A stretch of 64,000 nt of DNA from an uncultured Bacteroidales bacterium (GCA_905235135.1 CAJOKR010000005.1:64142-128141), one strand, 5' to 3'. Shown: positions 33,866 through 43,602, numbered from the stretch's first letter. The notes: generated by a model not told the origin, from the sequence alone. Program-made: numbers and translations.

Positions 33866-36010
33866 TTATTGCACAATCTTCAGCTCCTGCATCAGGTTCT
33901 GGGCGTTGGCCATCTTGTCGATGATGAAGAGCAGGTAACGCATGTCCATGCAGATGGTGCGTTGCACTTGCTGCTCGAAAGAGATGTCGCCGCTCATGGC
34001 CTCCCAGTTGCCGTCGAAGGCCAGACCGATGAGGTTGCCTTGAGCGTCGATGACTGGGCTACCGGAGTTACCGCCCGTGATGTCGTTGGTGGTGATGAAA
34101 TTGACCACAAGGTCGCCGTTTTTGTCAGCATAGCGGCCATAATCCTTGTTCTCCCACAGCTTGATCAGCTCTTGCGGCACGTCAAACTCCCAGTTGCCGG
34201 GCACGTATTTGGCCATCACGCCGTCCAAGGTGGTGTAATAGTTGTACGTTACGGCATCCCGCGGCTCACAATCTTGCACGTTGCCGTAGGTGAGGCGCAT
34301 GGTGAAGTTGGCGTCGGGATAGAAGTTGCGGTCCTTTTGCATCTCCATCAGTCCCTTCATGTAGAGACGCTCGGCATGGCTTTCGCTCACACTTTCGGAA
34401 ACCTGATCAAGGACGAGGTAGGTTTGCACAATGTCGTACATCAGTGCGTAGATGGGATCTTTGCTCAAGGATTTGGGGTTGTCGAGCCAGGCGTTGAGCT
34501 TGCTCTCATCCACAAACACAGACTTTGCGAAGGCACTGTTCACGAATGCGGTGAAATCTCCACCCGTCTTGTCGCCCACTTTCTTGATGGTGGCAGGTAA
34601 TTGGTTGGGATTCACGTCTTTGTAGTACAAATTCAGCAGCGCGATAGTGACATCGCGATCGAGTTCCTTATTGTAATCCTTGAAGAAGTCCTTCACGGAT
34701 TCCTTCATGCTTTGGGCAATCTTTTTGATTTGATCCGCAGAGGCAGCCTTCTGGTTGATGGTGTTGTTCAGCCGCATGAAACGGGTGGCAAAAGCCACGG
34801 CCTCACCGCCGCGCCAACCGGCTTCGCGACTGTAAATCAACGCTTTCGTGTATTTTTCCTGATGATTCCAATAGTTGTCGAATTCCTCAAAAATGCCGTT
34901 GTACTCTTTCTGTCGTTCTGCGTTCTGACTCATCCATTTGCGGAAATCCTGCTCTTGCGCCAGACGTTTCTCATACACTTTGTTCTGCTGCAGCTGTTTC
35001 ACCTGCCCGATGTAGTATTTCCAATAGTTGCTGACGCCGGCTTGTTTGGAAGCATATTGGATGAAGACAGCGGGGTCGGCATCCATGTGCTTGCGGTACT
35101 GTTCCAGCTTGGTGGTACGGCAGGCTACGATAGCAGGGCCTTCCAAATCGATGACATTCTTCACCGCACCGGAAGAGGAGTAGCGGTCGGTGGAGCCTGG
35201 GTAACCGAGAATCATCGTGTAATCGCCTGGCTGAACGCCTTTTAAGGAAATCGGAAGGAAGTGCTTTGACTTCATGGGGACATTGTTCTTACTGTACTCG
35301 GCAGGGGAGCCGTCGGGGGCAGTATAGACGCGGAAGATGCAGAAGTCGCCCTTATGACGCGGCCAGGTCCAGTTGTCGGTGTCGGCACCGAATTTGCCGA
35401 TACCCCACGGCGGGCAGGCCACAAGACGTACGTCCTTATAGACATCATACTCGAATAGGATGTACTGATTACCGTGATAGAAGGGGACAATTTCCACTTT
35501 CACGTCGCGTTTGCCCTTGCGCTCAATGGAGAGTTTCTTGCTGTTCTCCGCAATTTTGGAGGCGCGGTCCACCTCCGACATGTTGTCGGTAACGCCTTTC
35601 AGCACGGCGGTCGTAACATCTTCAATATAAGCGAGGAAGGAGACGGTAAGACCTTCGTTCGGGAGTTCCTGGTCCTTGCTGCGGGCCCAGAAGCCCTCCT
35701 GCAGATAGTCGTGTTCCACGGAGGAATGAGCCTGTACCTGACCGAGGCCGCAGTGGTGGTTGGTGAGCAGCAGCCCTTCGGGAGAGATCAGCTCACCGGT
35801 ACAGCCGCCGCCAAATTGCACGATGGCGTCCTTGAGGCTGGGCTGGTTGAAGCTGAAAATCTGTTCGGCGGTGAGCTTGCAGCCGAGACGCTGCATATCA
35901 GCCAGGTTTTGGCCGTTGATGGAGTAGGGAAGCCACATTCCTTCATCGGCGCGGGCACCCATCACGAGCATCATCAGCGCGATGCACAAAAGGTGGATTT
36001 TCTTTGTCAT
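33866..36010 (-). CDS. S46-family dipeptidyl-peptidase (DPP7/DPP11-like)
   Basis: Signal peptide followed by ADEGMWLP, then ...NHHCG... and GGNSGSPV (catalytic Ser). The ATG at 36010 is preferred. Confidence 0.88.
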   Translation of the reverse strand: MTKKIHLLCIALMMLVMGARADEGMWLPYSINGQNLADMQRLGCKLTAEQIFSFNQPSLKDAIVQFGGGCTGELISPEGLLLTNHHCGLGQVQAHSSVEHDYLQEGFWARSKDQELPNEGLTVSFLAYIEDVTTAVLKGVTDNMSEVDRASKIAENSKKLSIERKGKRDVKVEIVPFYHGNQYILFEYDVYKDVRLVACPPWGIGKFGADTDNWTWPRHKGDFCIFRVYTAPDGSPAEYSKNNVPMKSKHFLPISLKGVQPGDYTMILGYPGSTDRYSSSGAVKNVIDLEGPAIVACRTTKLEQYRKHMDADPAVFIQYASKQAGVSNYWKYYIGQVKQLQQNKVYEKRLAQEQDFRKWMSQNAERQKEYNGIFEEFDNYWNHQEKYTKALIYSREAGWRGGEAVAFATRFMRLNNTINQKAASADQIKKIAQSMKESVKDFFKDYNKELDRDVTIALLNLYYKDVNPNQLPATIKKVGDKTGGDFTAFVNSAFAKSVFVDESKLNAWLDNPKSLSKDPIYALMYDIVQTYLVLDQVSESVSESHAERLYMKGLMEMQKDRNFYPDANFTMRLTYGNVQDCEPRDAVTYNYYTTLDGVMAKYVPGNWEFDVPQELIKLWENKDYGRYADKNGDLVVNFITTNDITGGNSGSPVIDAQGNLIGLAFDGNWEAMSGDISFEQQVQRTICMDMRYLLFIIDKMANAQNLMQELKIVQ

Positions 36011-36031
36011 AGTGGATATTTTTTGAAAATG

Positions 36032-36039
36032 CAAAAGTA
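36032..36039 (-). promoter_or_regulatory. -7 promoter box (TACTTTTG on minus strand)
   Basis: Matches TAnnTTTG, 21 nt upstream of the ATG at 36010. Confidence 0.6.
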
Positions 36040-36125
36040 CGTAATTTATTAATATGAAAAAAGGACATCCCGAAAGACATCCTTTTGTATTTTACATCCG
36101 AAAATGTTAGCGTTTTCGGGATAAA

Positions 36126-36596
36126 TTAAATCATCTCATCGAAATCGTCCGGTTCCGGGATGCTGAGGTCATCGTTATCGTCGGACGGTTTTTCGTTGTG
36201 GCCGTAGCCCAGTGAGGTGCGCTGCAGGGAGGCGATGAGCGAACCGATCATTTTGGTCAGCTCCATCAGCTCGTTGCGGGAGTGTTCTTTGGCTTCTTCG
36301 GTGAGGATGCCGTAGCGGGAAGCGATTTCCGTGTGCACGACACACTCTCTGACAGAGCTCTTCGCCATCTTAAGGTAGTACAGGAACTGGGTTCTATTGC
36401 GGGAGGATCCCTCGGCGGTGTTCAGGGCGATGTCCTGTGCAGACCGCAGGAAGGATTTTTGCATAAATTTCTGATTATCAGATACATCTCCGTTAGGAAG
36501 TTGTTGGTACAGCCACACGATGTAATCCATGGCTTTAGCATAAATTCGTAAATCCTCAAATCTGAAGAAACTGACGTTGATCTCTCTTTCGTTCAT
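36126..36596 (-). CDS. Four-helix-bundle protein (23S rRNA intervening-sequence protein family) with an acidic C-terminal tail
   Basis: FEDLRIYAKAMDY...SFLRSAQDIALNTAEGSSR...YYLKMAKSSVRECVVHTEIA matches the TIGR02436-type pattern. Confidence 0.7.
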   Translation of the reverse strand: MNEREINVSFFRFEDLRIYAKAMDYIVWLYQQLPNGDVSDNQKFMQKSFLRSAQDIALNTAEGSSRNRTQFLYYLKMAKSSVRECVVHTEIASRYGILTEEAKEHSRNELMELTKMIGSLIASLQRTSLGYGHNEKPSDDNDDLSIPEPDDFDEMI

Positions 36597-36622
36597 AATA
36601 CTTGATTTTAATTTTAGGGTGG

Positions 36623-36630
36623 CAAAAATA
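36623..36630 (-). promoter_or_regulatory. -7 promoter box (TATTTTTG on minus strand)
   Basis: Matches TAnnTTTG, 26 nt upstream of the ATG at 36596. Confidence 0.6.
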
Positions 36631-36763
36631 CGAATATTTCTTTACCAATGGTAAGAAAAATGGCATTGTTGATATAAAAAATTGCACTGTTTCTTCTAAT
36701 CGGCTATGAGATAGCGGATTAAGACGTTAAGCAAGTAGTTGGCAAGTATGTCCGAAATTTGTG

Positions 36764-36771
36764 TACTTTTG
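36764..36771 (+). promoter_or_regulatory. -7 promoter box TACTTTTG
   Basis: Matches TAnnTTTG, 27 nt upstream of the ATG at 36799. Confidence 0.6.
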
Positions 36772-36798
36772 CGCCTTGCTAACGGGTAGCATAGAGAA

Positions 36799-37713
36799 AT
36801 GAGCAAATTCGAGAAGATAAAGAAGATTTGGGGCGTCATCGTGAGCGAATGGAAGACGCGTTACCGGCTTGTGTTCTCCAATGAGGAGACCCACGAGCAG
36901 AGTTTCGTCATCCGCCACATCACCATACAGAAGATGGCCGTGGTGGCAATTCTCGCCGCTTTTGTCATCATTGTGCTGACCACCGTACTAATCGCCCTCA
37001 CCCCGCTGCGTGTCTATATCCCCGGTTATACGGACCAGAAGGACTATAAGATGTACAAGCAGACGGCCGCAAGAGTGGATTCGTTAGAGAAGCAACTGGC
37101 CCTGAACCAGCAGTTTATAGAGAATTTTACCGGAATGCTGAAAGGCGATGACGGTGCGGTATATGAGGATGATGACCCGCAGATGACCCCCGATGTGCAT
37201 CCTGTGGAGCGCGATCCGTCGCGGGGCGAAAGGCTGCATGAGGTAATGGAGGAGGCCGAAATGATCCTCGGGCGCGTGGGGGAAAATGGCTCGTCCAACA
37301 GTGCGGGTGTCCCCAATATCGAACAGGCCAAAATTACCAACATCTCCATCTATCCGCCCGCCATGGGTGCGGTAACCCGCCTGTTTGATGCCTCCCAAAA
37401 CCACTACGGAATTGACATTACCCCTTCCGACAACAAAACGGTTACCTGCGTGGCCGATGGCGTGGTGATTGCCGCAAATTACACGGCATCGGATGGTTAC
37501 ACGATTATTGTGCAACATCCGGGCAACATGATCTCCATCTACAAACGCAATGCCACCTTGCTCAAGACGGTCGGTTCGCGCGTGACCGCTGGAATGCCCA
37601 TCGCCAAGGCTGGCAACACAGGTGCTGATGGAGGTTCCTCTCATCATTTGCATTTTGAACTTTGGTATAACGGCTTTCCTATCAACCCTTTAAACTATCT
37701 TGTCATCGAATAA
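36799..37713 (+). CDS. M23-family metallopeptidase (membrane-anchored)
   Basis: It has an N-terminal TM segment. HYGIDI...GNTGADGGSSHHLHFELW gives the HxxxD and HxH motifs. Confidence 0.85.
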   Translation: MSKFEKIKKIWGVIVSEWKTRYRLVFSNEETHEQSFVIRHITIQKMAVVAILAAFVIIVLTTVLIALTPLRVYIPGYTDQKDYKMYKQTAARVDSLEKQLALNQQFIENFTGMLKGDDGAVYEDDDPQMTPDVHPVERDPSRGERLHEVMEEAEMILGRVGENGSSNSAGVPNIEQAKITNISIYPPAMGAVTRLFDASQNHYGIDITPSDNKTVTCVADGVVIAANYTASDGYTIIVQHPGNMISIYKRNATLLKTVGSRVTAGMPIAKAGNTGADGGSSHHLHFELWYNGFPINPLNYLVIE

Positions 37714-37720
37714 TAGCAAC

Positions 37721-38743
37721 ATGGACAGAATAATTGACCTCAATCCTGATAACGCAGTCGAACTGCTTGGTTTTCAAAATAATAACATTAAGATGCTGAC
37801 CCATATCTTCCCGAAACTGAAGATTGTGGCTCGCGGCACCGAAATCAAAGTCTCTGGTGCGGATGATGAAGTTCAAGAATTTGAAAATCGCATCTCGTTG
37901 CTGGAGAGACATATAGACCAGTTTGGAAAACTTACTGAAACGGACATCATCAACATCACGGCGATGGAGGATGACAGCTTCTATGCCCTTAACCAGACCG
38001 ACGGCAATGTGATTGTGCACGGACGCGAGGGCAAAATCATTAAAGCCATCACCCCGAACCAGAAACGGTTGGTGGAAAGTGCGGAGAAGAACGACATGGT
38101 TTTTGTGGTGGGCCCAGCTGGTACGGGTAAAACCTATACGGCTGTGGCTTTAGCTGTCAAAGCGTTGAAAAACAAACAGATAAAGCGAATTATTCTCACC
38201 CGTCCGGCGGTGGAGGCTGGCGAAAATCTCGGCTTCCTGCCCGGCGACCTGCGTGATAAGCTGGATCCATACCTTCAGCCGCTTTACGATGCGCTTTGGG
38301 ATATGATGCCCATGCAGAAGCTGATGACGATGATGGAGGATAAGGTGATTGAAATTGCGCCGTTAGCCTTCATGCGCGGTCGCACCCTCGACAATGCGTA
38401 CGTCATTCTCGATGAAGCTCAGAATGCCACTTCCGCACAACTCAAGATGTTCCTCACGCGTATGGGCAAGAACGCCAAGTTCTTCATCACTGGCGACATC
38501 ACCCAGATTGACCTGCCTAAGCACCAGCAGTCGGGACTCATTCTCGCGGACCGCATCCTGCGCGGGGTGAAGGGCATTGATTTCATCTACATGGACAACA
38601 AGGATGTGGTTCGTCACCATCTCGTGACCAAGATTATTAACCGCTACGAGACCTACGAGAACGAGATGGAGGAGGCTGCACAAAAGCGCCGTGCGGAGCG
38701 GGAGGCGGCCAAACGTAGTGAAACTTCCGACAATGCCATTTAA
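37721..38743 (+). CDS. phoH: PhoH-family ATPase
   Basis: ...FVVGPAGTGKTYTAVALAV...ILDEAQN...FITGDITQIDLP. The ATG at 37721 is preferred because the alternative start at 37700 overlaps the M23 gene. Confidence 0.9.
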   Translation: MDRIIDLNPDNAVELLGFQNNNIKMLTHIFPKLKIVARGTEIKVSGADDEVQEFENRISLLERHIDQFGKLTETDIINITAMEDDSFYALNQTDGNVIVHGREGKIIKAITPNQKRLVESAEKNDMVFVVGPAGTGKTYTAVALAVKALKNKQIKRIILTRPAVEAGENLGFLPGDLRDKLDPYLQPLYDALWDMMPMQKLMTMMEDKVIEIAPLAFMRGRTLDNAYVILDEAQNATSAQLKMFLTRMGKNAKFFITGDITQIDLPKHQQSGLILADRILRGVKGIDFIYMDNKDVVRHHLVTKIINRYETYENEMEEAAQKRRAEREAAKRSETSDNAI

Positions 38744-39851
38744 GCTCATCATAGGACTGCTGCTCGTCCCGTTTTCCCTGATTTACGGATGTGTGGCCGC
38801 GATACGGCGGTTTCTGTATCGGGAGAGGATACTACGGAGCGAGGATTCACCCGTTCCCGCCGTTGACATCGGCAACCTGGCTGTAGGTGGAACGGGAAAA
38901 ACCCCTCATACCCAATATGTTATCAATTTGCTGAAACAAGACTTCCACGTGGCGGTACTCAGCCGTGGCTATGGTCGGAAATCGAAGGGCTATCATTCTG
39001 TATTACAGACAGATCCCCAAGATCGGAATGCAGAATTGTTAGGTGATGAGCCGTTTATGACGCATCTGCGATTCCCGGATATTCCGTTGGCGGTGGATGG
39101 CGACCGTTGCGAGGGGGTGCAGAACCTTCTGGATGAGCATCCTGAGACGAACGTGATTGTGCTGGATGACGCTTACCAGCATCTCCGTTTCCGTCCTACG
39201 TTCCACATTCTGCTGACGGAATATGACCGCCCGTTCCGTCCGGATATGCCGATGCCTGCGGGGAAGTTGCGCGAGTTTTCCCGTGCCTCACGATTTGCGG
39301 ATATGGTGGTGGTGACCAAAGTGCCCGACGGGGCTTCCGTTGACGAATCCAGTTGGCGGTATCGCCTCCGGCTGAAACCGCATCAGGACCTGTTTTTCAC
39401 CCGTTTCCGCTACGAACCGCTGTCGCCGGTCACTCCGGCCGCGCAAAATCTCGACCCCGAAACCATTCGGGATGTGGTGCTGCTGACTGGCATTGCAAAT
39501 CCGAAGCCGCTGCTTGATCATCTTCATAGAGACGCGAAATTTTGCGTCTCTACAATAGCGAGAAAATTGAATGTGATGAAACATTATGCCTTTCCCGACC
39601 ATCACACATTTACCGAAAAAGAGATCCAATCTATTTATGATCAACACTTTAACAATTTGGGTGAACGTACTGTACTGGTAACAACGGAGAAAGATTGGAT
39701 GCGGTTGCAGTCTGCGCATATTAGAAATATTGTATCTTTGCTACCCGTTTTTGTGATTCCAGTGGAAGTTGAGTTTCTTACTGAGACACAGCGGGATACG
39801 TTTAACCAAACAGTTATAGGCCATGTTAGAGGAAAAGAGAAAAAGAGTTGA
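38733..39851 (+). CDS. lpxK: Tetraacyldisaccharide 4'-kinase
   Basis: VDIGNLAVGGTGKTPH...VLSRGYGRK...LDDAYQH...FPDHH. The ATG at 38733 overlaps the phoH end by 11 nt. Confidence 0.88.
   Translation: MPFKLIIGLLLVPFSLIYGCVAAIRRFLYRERILRSEDSPVPAVDIGNLAVGGTGKTPHTQYVINLLKQDFHVAVLSRGYGRKSKGYHSVLQTDPQDRNAELLGDEPFMTHLRFPDIPLAVDGDRCEGVQNLLDEHPETNVIVLDDAYQHLRFRPTFHILLTEYDRPFRPDMPMPAGKLREFSRASRFADMVVVTKVPDGASVDESSWRYRLRLKPHQDLFFTRFRYEPLSPVTPAAQNLDPETIRDVVLLTGIANPKPLLDHLHRDAKFCVSTIARKLNVMKHYAFPDHHTFTEKEIQSIYDQHFNNLGERTVLVTTEKDWMRLQSAHIRNIVSLLPVFVIPVEVEFLTETQRDTFNQTVIGHVRGKEKKS
39527..39554. repeat. REP-like 28-bp palindrome (AATT-core subtype) embedded in-frame in lpxK
   Basis: ATAGAGACGCGAAATTTTGCGTCTCTAC, translated as H-RDAKFCVST-I within the lpxK reading frame. 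Confidence 0.9.
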
Positions 39852-40647
39852 AAAAACGGTTGAATATTTGAACTTCCGTAAAACGATAAACCCGAAGATT
39901 GCCATTGTGCTGGGTTCCGGCTTGGGCGGTCTGACGGACAGAGTTGACATTGTGGATGAGATTCCCTACCAGGACATCCCCTATTTTCCAGTTTCCACGG
40001 TGGAAGGGCACAAGGGAACGTTGATTTTTGGCCGGTTGAACGGTGTGGAAGTCCTCGTTTTCAGTGGCCGTTTCCACTATTATGAAGGCTATTCGATGGA
40101 TGTGGTGACCTATCCGCAGCAGATTTTGAGTGGGCTTGGGGTGAAGACGCTAATCCTTTCGAATGCGGCAGGTGGCATGAATCCCACGTTCCAAGTGGGC
40201 GACATCATGCTGATCCGTGACCATATCAACCACTTTTTCACCAATCCGCTGATTGGTCCTAACGACGATGAGTTGGGCCCGCGTTTCCCGAACATGAGCG
40301 AAGTTTATTCGCACCGGTTAGTGAAACTGGCGCAGCAAACCGGCAAAAAGCTGAATATCCATCTGCAGGAGGGAGTCTATATCGGTGTGTCGGGTCCTTG
40401 TTTCGAGACCCCTTCGGAGTACAAGATGTTCTACCTTTTCGGCGCCGATGCCGTGGGTATGTCCACCGTTCCGGAAGCCATCATGGCCCGCCATCGCGGC
40501 ATTGAGGTGTTCGCGCTTTCGGTTATCACAGATTTAGGCATTATCGGCCGCGTGGAGAAGGCCAGCCACGAAGAGGTTTTGGAAGCCGCTGCCGCTGCCG
40601 GCCCGCAGGTGGTGGAACTGATTTATAATATGGTTCCGGAGATTTAA
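39823..40647 (+). CDS. Purine nucleoside phosphorylase (trimeric PNP family)
   Basis: ...IAIVLGSGLGGL...STVEGHKGTLIFGRLNGVEVLVFSGRFHYYEGY...GADAVGMSTVPE. Confidence 0.88.
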   Translation: MLEEKRKRVEKTVEYLNFRKTINPKIAIVLGSGLGGLTDRVDIVDEIPYQDIPYFPVSTVEGHKGTLIFGRLNGVEVLVFSGRFHYYEGYSMDVVTYPQQILSGLGVKTLILSNAAGGMNPTFQVGDIMLIRDHINHFFTNPLIGPNDDELGPRFPNMSEVYSHRLVKLAQQTGKKLNIHLQEGVYIGVSGPCFETPSEYKMFYLFGADAVGMSTVPEAIMARHRGIEVFALSVITDLGIIGRVEKASHEEVLEAAAAAGPQVVELIYNMVPEI

Positions 40648-40672
40648 AAATGCAATTTAATATGACGACGTT

Positions 40673-40700
40673 GTAGAGACGCAAAATTTTGCGTCTCTAC
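40673..40700. repeat. REP-like 28-bp palindrome, AATT-core subtype (perfect)
   Basis: GTAGAGACGCAAAATTTTGCGTCTCTAC, lying between convergent genes. Confidence 0.95.
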
Positions 40701-40738
40701 GGCTACATTCATCGGTTTCATTGATTGTCAACGTCGCT

Positions 40739-41998
40739 TTAGGTCTTCTGCTGCTGTTTTTTTGCGGCGGGGAAGAGTACGTTGTTGAGAATCAGACGGT
40801 AACCTGCTGAATTGGGGAACAAGTTGAGGTCGGTGGGCGGGTCATTGACGAGGTGTTGGTAATCCTCGGGGTCGTGGCCGGAATAGAAAGTCCAGGTGCC
40901 TTTGCCGAATTCGCCGTGGATGTACCGCGCCTCATTGAAATAAGCACATTCGCCCATAATTGTCACCGTCGGTTTGATAAGCTCCTTGCGGAAGGCCGTG
41001 GTCTGCCCCATAAATCCCGGAATCACCTGCAAGTGATTCTGGCACAGCATGGTAGGCACGGGATCCCACTTGGCCGAAAACTCAAACAGCGTGAAGTAGT
41101 CGTGTGATTTGTTGGAAATATGCAGATTGGGGCTCACGTCAATGTCGGAAACCTCATAGACGTAAGGGTTTGTTTCGATGTGGAAGTTAGTGAAAGCGAA
41201 GCAGTTATCATAGTTGAGTTTGCTTTGCGCATTCGGGTCCATCGGGTCGCCGTCGAACATCGTTTCGCAAATGTCCACCCCCTCAGCGGCTAGGGCGATA
41301 TCGTAGCTGTCGGGACCGGAGCACATGGCAAACAGATATCCACCGCCGGCCACAAAATCGCGGATGGCCTTAGCGACGGCAAGCTTCATCTGCGACACTT
41401 TTGTGAAACCCAACTGTGCGGCCCGCTCCTCATTCTCCTTCACATCCTCTTGGTACCATTTGGTGTTGCGCTGGCTTGCCCAAAACTTCCCATACTGCCC
41501 GGTGAAATCCTCATGGTGAAGGTGCAGCCAATCGTATTTCGGCAGTTCCCCCTTGATGACCTCTTCGTCATAGACGATGGTGTAAGGAATTTCCGCGTAG
41601 GTGAGCACCAAAGTCACCGCATCGTCCCACGGCAGCTTGTTTTTCGGGGAATAGACAGCGATTTTGGGCTCCTTAGTGAGACGGATTTCGTTCATGTTAT
41701 TCTCCACCACAGCGATCTCGTTGAGGATTTGGGTGGCCTGCATGTCGGAGATTACCTCATACGAAACCCCACGCACCACACACTCATCCTCCAAAACGCT
41801 GTTGTAGGGACACATGAAACTGCCGCCGCGGTAGTTCAGCAGCCAGCTCATATCGACCTGGTGCGCCACGGCGAAATAGGCGATACCGTACGCCTTCAAG
41901 TGGTTACTTTGTTCCAAGTCCATGGGAATCAGCAGGTAGCTGGCCCGTGCTCCCAGCATGGAAATCAAAATTATGAGAACTATTCTTTTCATCATCAC
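40739..41998 (-). CDS. Conserved Bacteroidota secreted protein of unknown function (419 aa)
   Basis: Signal peptide followed by LLIPMDLEQSNHLKAYGIAYFAV... I recall homologues loosely annotated as asparagine synthetase B, but I cannot support that function. Confidence 0.6.
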   Translation of the reverse strand: MMMKRIVLIILISMLGARASYLLIPMDLEQSNHLKAYGIAYFAVAHQVDMSWLLNYRGGSFMCPYNSVLEDECVVRGVSYEVISDMQATQILNEIAVVENNMNEIRLTKEPKIAVYSPKNKLPWDDAVTLVLTYAEIPYTIVYDEEVIKGELPKYDWLHLHHEDFTGQYGKFWASQRNTKWYQEDVKENEERAAQLGFTKVSQMKLAVAKAIRDFVAGGGYLFAMCSGPDSYDIALAAEGVDICETMFDGDPMDPNAQSKLNYDNCFAFTNFHIETNPYVYEVSDIDVSPNLHISNKSHDYFTLFEFSAKWDPVPTMLCQNHLQVIPGFMGQTTAFRKELIKPTVTIMGECAYFNEARYIHGEFGKGTWTFYSGHDPEDYQHLVNDPPTDLNLFPNSAGYRLILNNVLFPAAKKQQQKT

Positions 41999-42009
41999 AA
42001 AATTGGCGG

Positions 42010-42017
42010 CAAAAATA
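42010..42017 (-). promoter_or_regulatory. -7 promoter box (TATTTTTG on minus strand)
   Basis: Matches TAnnTTTG, 11 nt upstream of the ATG at 41998. Confidence 0.5.
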
Positions 42018-42063
42018 CCACTTTTTTGGATTGATGAAGGCAGGTTATGTTTAATTTGTATGA

Positions 42064-42073
42064 GCGTCTCTAC
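42064..42073. repeat. Isolated REP arm (GCGTCTCTAC) supplying the stop codon of the TetR-like gene
   Basis: A 16-nt string GCGTCTCTACGAGGCG is shared with the reverse complement of 63055-63079. The CTA at 42070-42072 is a TAG stop on the minus strand. Confidence 0.6.
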
Positions 42074-42621
42074 GAGGCGAACGGCGTTTCCAAAAACAGC
42101 TCCATTCCGCGTTCGTTCAATGCTGGTGTCAGGATGTACCGTAACACATCAGGACGATTTTCCTCCTGCACATCAATCAGGAAGAGGTTATTCAGCAAGA
42201 ACGGGATGTAGATGTCCAGATTCAAATCCTCGTGGATATGGAAACATTGCTTGCCTCTTTGCAAGATTATCTGAATGGACGAATAGAAAAAGGAATCCGG
42301 CTGGAGATATTTGCGGCTGTCACGTGTGAGCTCGAAAAAGTGAGGGTCGTTCTTGCTCGTCTCTTGGATGAAGTACAACGTCATGGTCAGCGCCTCGATG
42401 CTGTGATTGCAATGCTGCATCAGCTCAAGCCATTTTCTCCGGCATACTCCCTGCCAATACTGCCACGCGATTTCGACAGATTTCGCCTTGTTGCCGTAAC
42501 GGTTGAAGAATGTCTTATGGCATACTTCCAACATGTCAGCGATGTGATCTGTGGACTGTTGGAGACCGTTTTCCGAATAATATTCGTATAATTTTCTGAT
42601 TTTAGATTCTGATAAAGCCAT
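42070..42621 (-). CDS. TetR/AcrR-family transcriptional regulator (183 aa)
   Basis: The N-terminal HTH-like region reads QQSTDHIADMLEVCHKTFFNRYGNK. Size and fold pattern fit the TetR family. Confidence 0.6.
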   Translation of the reverse strand: MALSESKIRKLYEYYSENGLQQSTDHIADMLEVCHKTFFNRYGNKAKSVEIAWQYWQGVCRRKWLELMQHCNHSIEALTMTLYFIQETSKNDPHFFELTRDSRKYLQPDSFFYSSIQIILQRGKQCFHIHEDLNLDIYIPFLLNNLFLIDVQEENRPDVLRYILTPALNERGMELFLETPFAS

Positions 42622-42650
42622 AGTGTTATGATTTGTTTAAAACAAAACTG

Positions 42651-42658
42651 CAAAAATA
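42651..42658 (-). promoter_or_regulatory. -7 promoter box (TATTTTTG on minus strand)
   Basis: Matches TAnnTTTG, 29 nt upstream of the ATG at 42621. Confidence 0.6.
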
Positions 42659-42669
42659 CAAAAAAATCA

Positions 42670-43599
42670 TTAATGCAGGTAATTACAAAGATTTTTTTCT
42701 GTCAGATGACGTAAATCGGCAGTGCTTTCCACATTGCCATCTTTGATGAACAGGTAGGTTGGGAAGTGTCCGTTGACAATATGCACGGCACTGATAGCGT
42801 TGATGGGAACGTAGCGGAAAGCTTCGGTTTTGGTCTCCGTTTGGAATTCCCGCACCGCTGTGCTGTCGCCACCCCATACGAAATAGAGGATCCGGTTGGT
42901 GTCCAAGTGGTTGTTGTCCACCATTTCCGACATTTTGAGGCAGCTGATCCGGCAGAATTTGCATCCGGCGGAGATTACCCCGACCACGTAATTGCCGTCT
43001 TCGAGATTTACATCCTGCATGGTGGAATCGGCCATCAGGGCGTTGAAAGCGGTCTCGTTGTAGTCCAAATTGTCGGATTTGGAGAAGAGGTTATAGACAT
43101 TGTCCATCGGGAATAGGACGAATGGCGGCACGATGGCGGCCACAAACGCCCCGAAGAGTGCGAGTTTGCGCCCTAAGGGCCCGAACTGGTAGTCGTCCTC
43201 CTTGCGCACTAACAGCAGTAACGCAATGGCTATCAAGTTTTTGACTAACGACAGAGACGGTTTGATCTCTACCAAGTCTCCCATACAGTGGCAGTTGCTG
43301 TCGTTGCGGAAGAGAATCACATAGACCAGCAGCAGTGAAAACCCAACCAGCATCAGCATGGTCAGCCACCAGGCAGGTTTGTATTTCACTTTGATAATCA
43401 GCAGGATGCCGACCAAAATTTCGCAGGCGATGATGGCTCGCGCCGCCAATGCACTCCACGTGAAATTCAGGATGTTGAAACTGTAAATGTAGAGCTCAAA
43501 CTGGTCGAGCGACAACAACTTCAGCACTGCGGACACGATGAAAAACAGCCCGATGCCAATGCGGATTATCGTTTTCAGAATATTTTGGATGTTGTTCAT
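42670..43599 (-). CDS. MauE/DoxX-family membrane protein fused to a thioredoxin-like domain (309 aa)
   Basis: The N-terminal 4-TM MauE-like region reads IGIGLFFIVSAVLKLLSLDQFELYIYSF...NCHCMG. The C-terminal domain carries a CxxC motif (GCKFC). Confidence 0.65.
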   Translation of the reverse strand: MNNIQNILKTIIRIGIGLFFIVSAVLKLLSLDQFELYIYSFNILNFTWSALAARAIIACEILVGILLIIKVKYKPAWWLTMLMLVGFSLLLVYVILFRNDSNCHCMGDLVEIKPSLSLVKNLIAIALLLLVRKEDDYQFGPLGRKLALFGAFVAAIVPPFVLFPMDNVYNLFSKSDNLDYNETAFNALMADSTMQDVNLEDGNYVVGVISAGCKFCRISCLKMSEMVDNNHLDTNRILYFVWGGDSTAVREFQTETKTEAFRYVPINAISAVHIVNGHFPTYLFIKDGNVESTADLRHLTEKNLCNYLH

Positions 43600-43602
43600 A
43601 TT

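Noticed and set aside
34361-34370. Exact GTAGAGACGC 10-mers inside coding regions of the S46 peptidase (34361-34370, encoding AERLY) and the FGE-family gene (55251-55260, encoding CRVST).
   Set aside because: Each has no matching second arm nearby. The FGE site lies in a segment I recall as conserved in the family, and I could not judge this for the peptidase. Two such hits exceed my rough chance expectation, so ancient degenerate in-frame copies cannot be excluded, but I cannot support that from sequence alone.
36061-36120. The direct repeat GACATCC x2 and the small hairpin CCGAAAA..TTTTCGG downstream of the four-helix-bundle gene, as a regulatory element.
   Set aside because: The stem is short (7 bp) with no clear T-run on the relevant strand, and no second copy occurs elsewhere in the window. 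This is not enough to call it.
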